A stretch of 64,000 nt of DNA, taken from NCBI GenBank assembly GCA_022709755.1, contig JAKLIF010000009.1, positions 10,694 through 74,693 on the forward strand, given 5' to 3'. Position 1 is the stretch's first letter. Every line of letters begins with the position of its first letter. The notes under the pieces are model-generated. The model saw only the letters and a program-made list of their open reading frames with translations, had not been told where the DNA came from and searched no databases. The position numbers and the translations under genes were made by a program. The stretch is from Elusimicrobiota bacterium. Lineage in GTDB: Bacteria; Elusimicrobiota; Elusimicrobia; FEN-1173; JAKLIF01. Below, piece after piece: positions 63,735-64,000 of this stretch.

Positions 63735-64000
63735 GCGGCCCCCCCCCGACTCCACACGTCGGCCGACACCTGTTTCCCGGCGGATTCGCCGATCACGGCT
63801 CTCTCCACCCGATGAAATCCCAGGCGACCGACTATTTCCTCAGACTCGTTCTCTGGCGCCGGATCATCCGGGCCGATGAAAGCCAAGCATCCCCCGGAGG
63901 ACAAGACATCCCCCACGGACGCCAAAGTTTCCCGAAGGGACCTATCCCGTTTGAGTCGCTCCGCCATCCCCTCGACGATGACCGCTGGATACCGTTCGGA
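63731..64000 (-). CDS. 3' end of a gene continuing beyond the window; its C-terminus resembles the methyltransferase-like tails of the downstream radical SAM paralogues
   Basis: The reverse frame is open from 64000 down to the TGA at 63731 (...PERYPAVIVEGMAERLKRDRSLRETLASVGDVLSSGGCLAFIGPDD...). LSSGGCLAFIGPD aligns with LAVGGSMIFLERD and VAQGTVVFIRD. The track lists only the internal Met at 63967. Confidence 0.6.
   Translation of the reverse strand, partial: SERYPAVIVEGMAERLKRDRSLRETLASVGDVLSSGGCLAFIGPDDPAPENESEEIVGRLGFHRVERAVIGESAGKQVSADVWSRGGAA

Noticed and set aside
44497-64000. A tRNA-adjacent genomic island or mobile element carrying the accessory cluster.
   Set aside because: I recognise no integrase, transposase, recombinase or phage gene in the window. 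The duplicated segments belong to the 5' leader sides of the tRNAs, not the 3' ends used as att sites. Only patchy low GC supports a foreign origin.

Overview
GC-rich (about 60% by eye) chromosomal segment from a diderm, LPS-making bacterium; I cannot assign a taxon. I call about 58 protein-coding genes and 2 tRNA genes. I see no rRNA, CRISPR array, transposase or integrase. Packing is very tight: I checked at least 17 gene junctions that are 4-nt ATGA/GTGA start-stop overlaps, and I used them, together with homologue N-termini and Shine-Dalgarno sites, to shorten many over-long ORF-track starts. The track translates TTG/GTG starts as M.

Layout:
- 1-2.9 kb: lipid A genes (GT4, lpxL-like, lpxK).
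- 2.9-15.1 kb: metal, repair and small-molecule genes (SAM-MTase, mntP, uvsE, MBL hydrolase, GNAT, PiT+DUF47, zupT, cupin, flavodoxin-like reductase, AlkD-like, VIT1, ThiF-like, TauE, a large polytopic membrane protein).
- 15.2-38.2 kb: one uninterrupted minus-strand run. It reads yebC-ruvCAB, SplB-like radical SAM, spoIID-like, queA, a beta-solenoid/HEAT giant gene, tgt, a HEAT lipoprotein, yajC-secDF, a MetH-activation-like gene, DUF374, waaA, then LPS-core glycosyltransferases.
- 38.3-44.5 kb: a PorV-like outer-membrane protein plus two giant O-antigen-ligase/TPR fusions.
- 44.5-44.9 kb: tRNA-Thr and tRNA-Phe embedded in a hairpin-containing repeat family.
- 45-48.7 kb: small genes (response regulator, M48 protease, Lys-rich EF-Tu-domain-2-like protein, GT2).
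- 48.7-64 kb: the accessory-looking part and the main candidate for something new. It holds an 854-aa secreted protein built from about 40 aromatic FPLYW-type repeats. Next to it is a minus-strand operon running off the window, with four B12-type (class B) radical SAM genes and two tandem LanB-N-terminal-like genes that lack an elimination domain. Three of the radical SAM genes are 710-aa paralogues with a degenerate methyltransferase-like tail. No precursor or substrate gene is visible.

All functional calls rest on motifs I recognise by eye in the translations. No database search was run.
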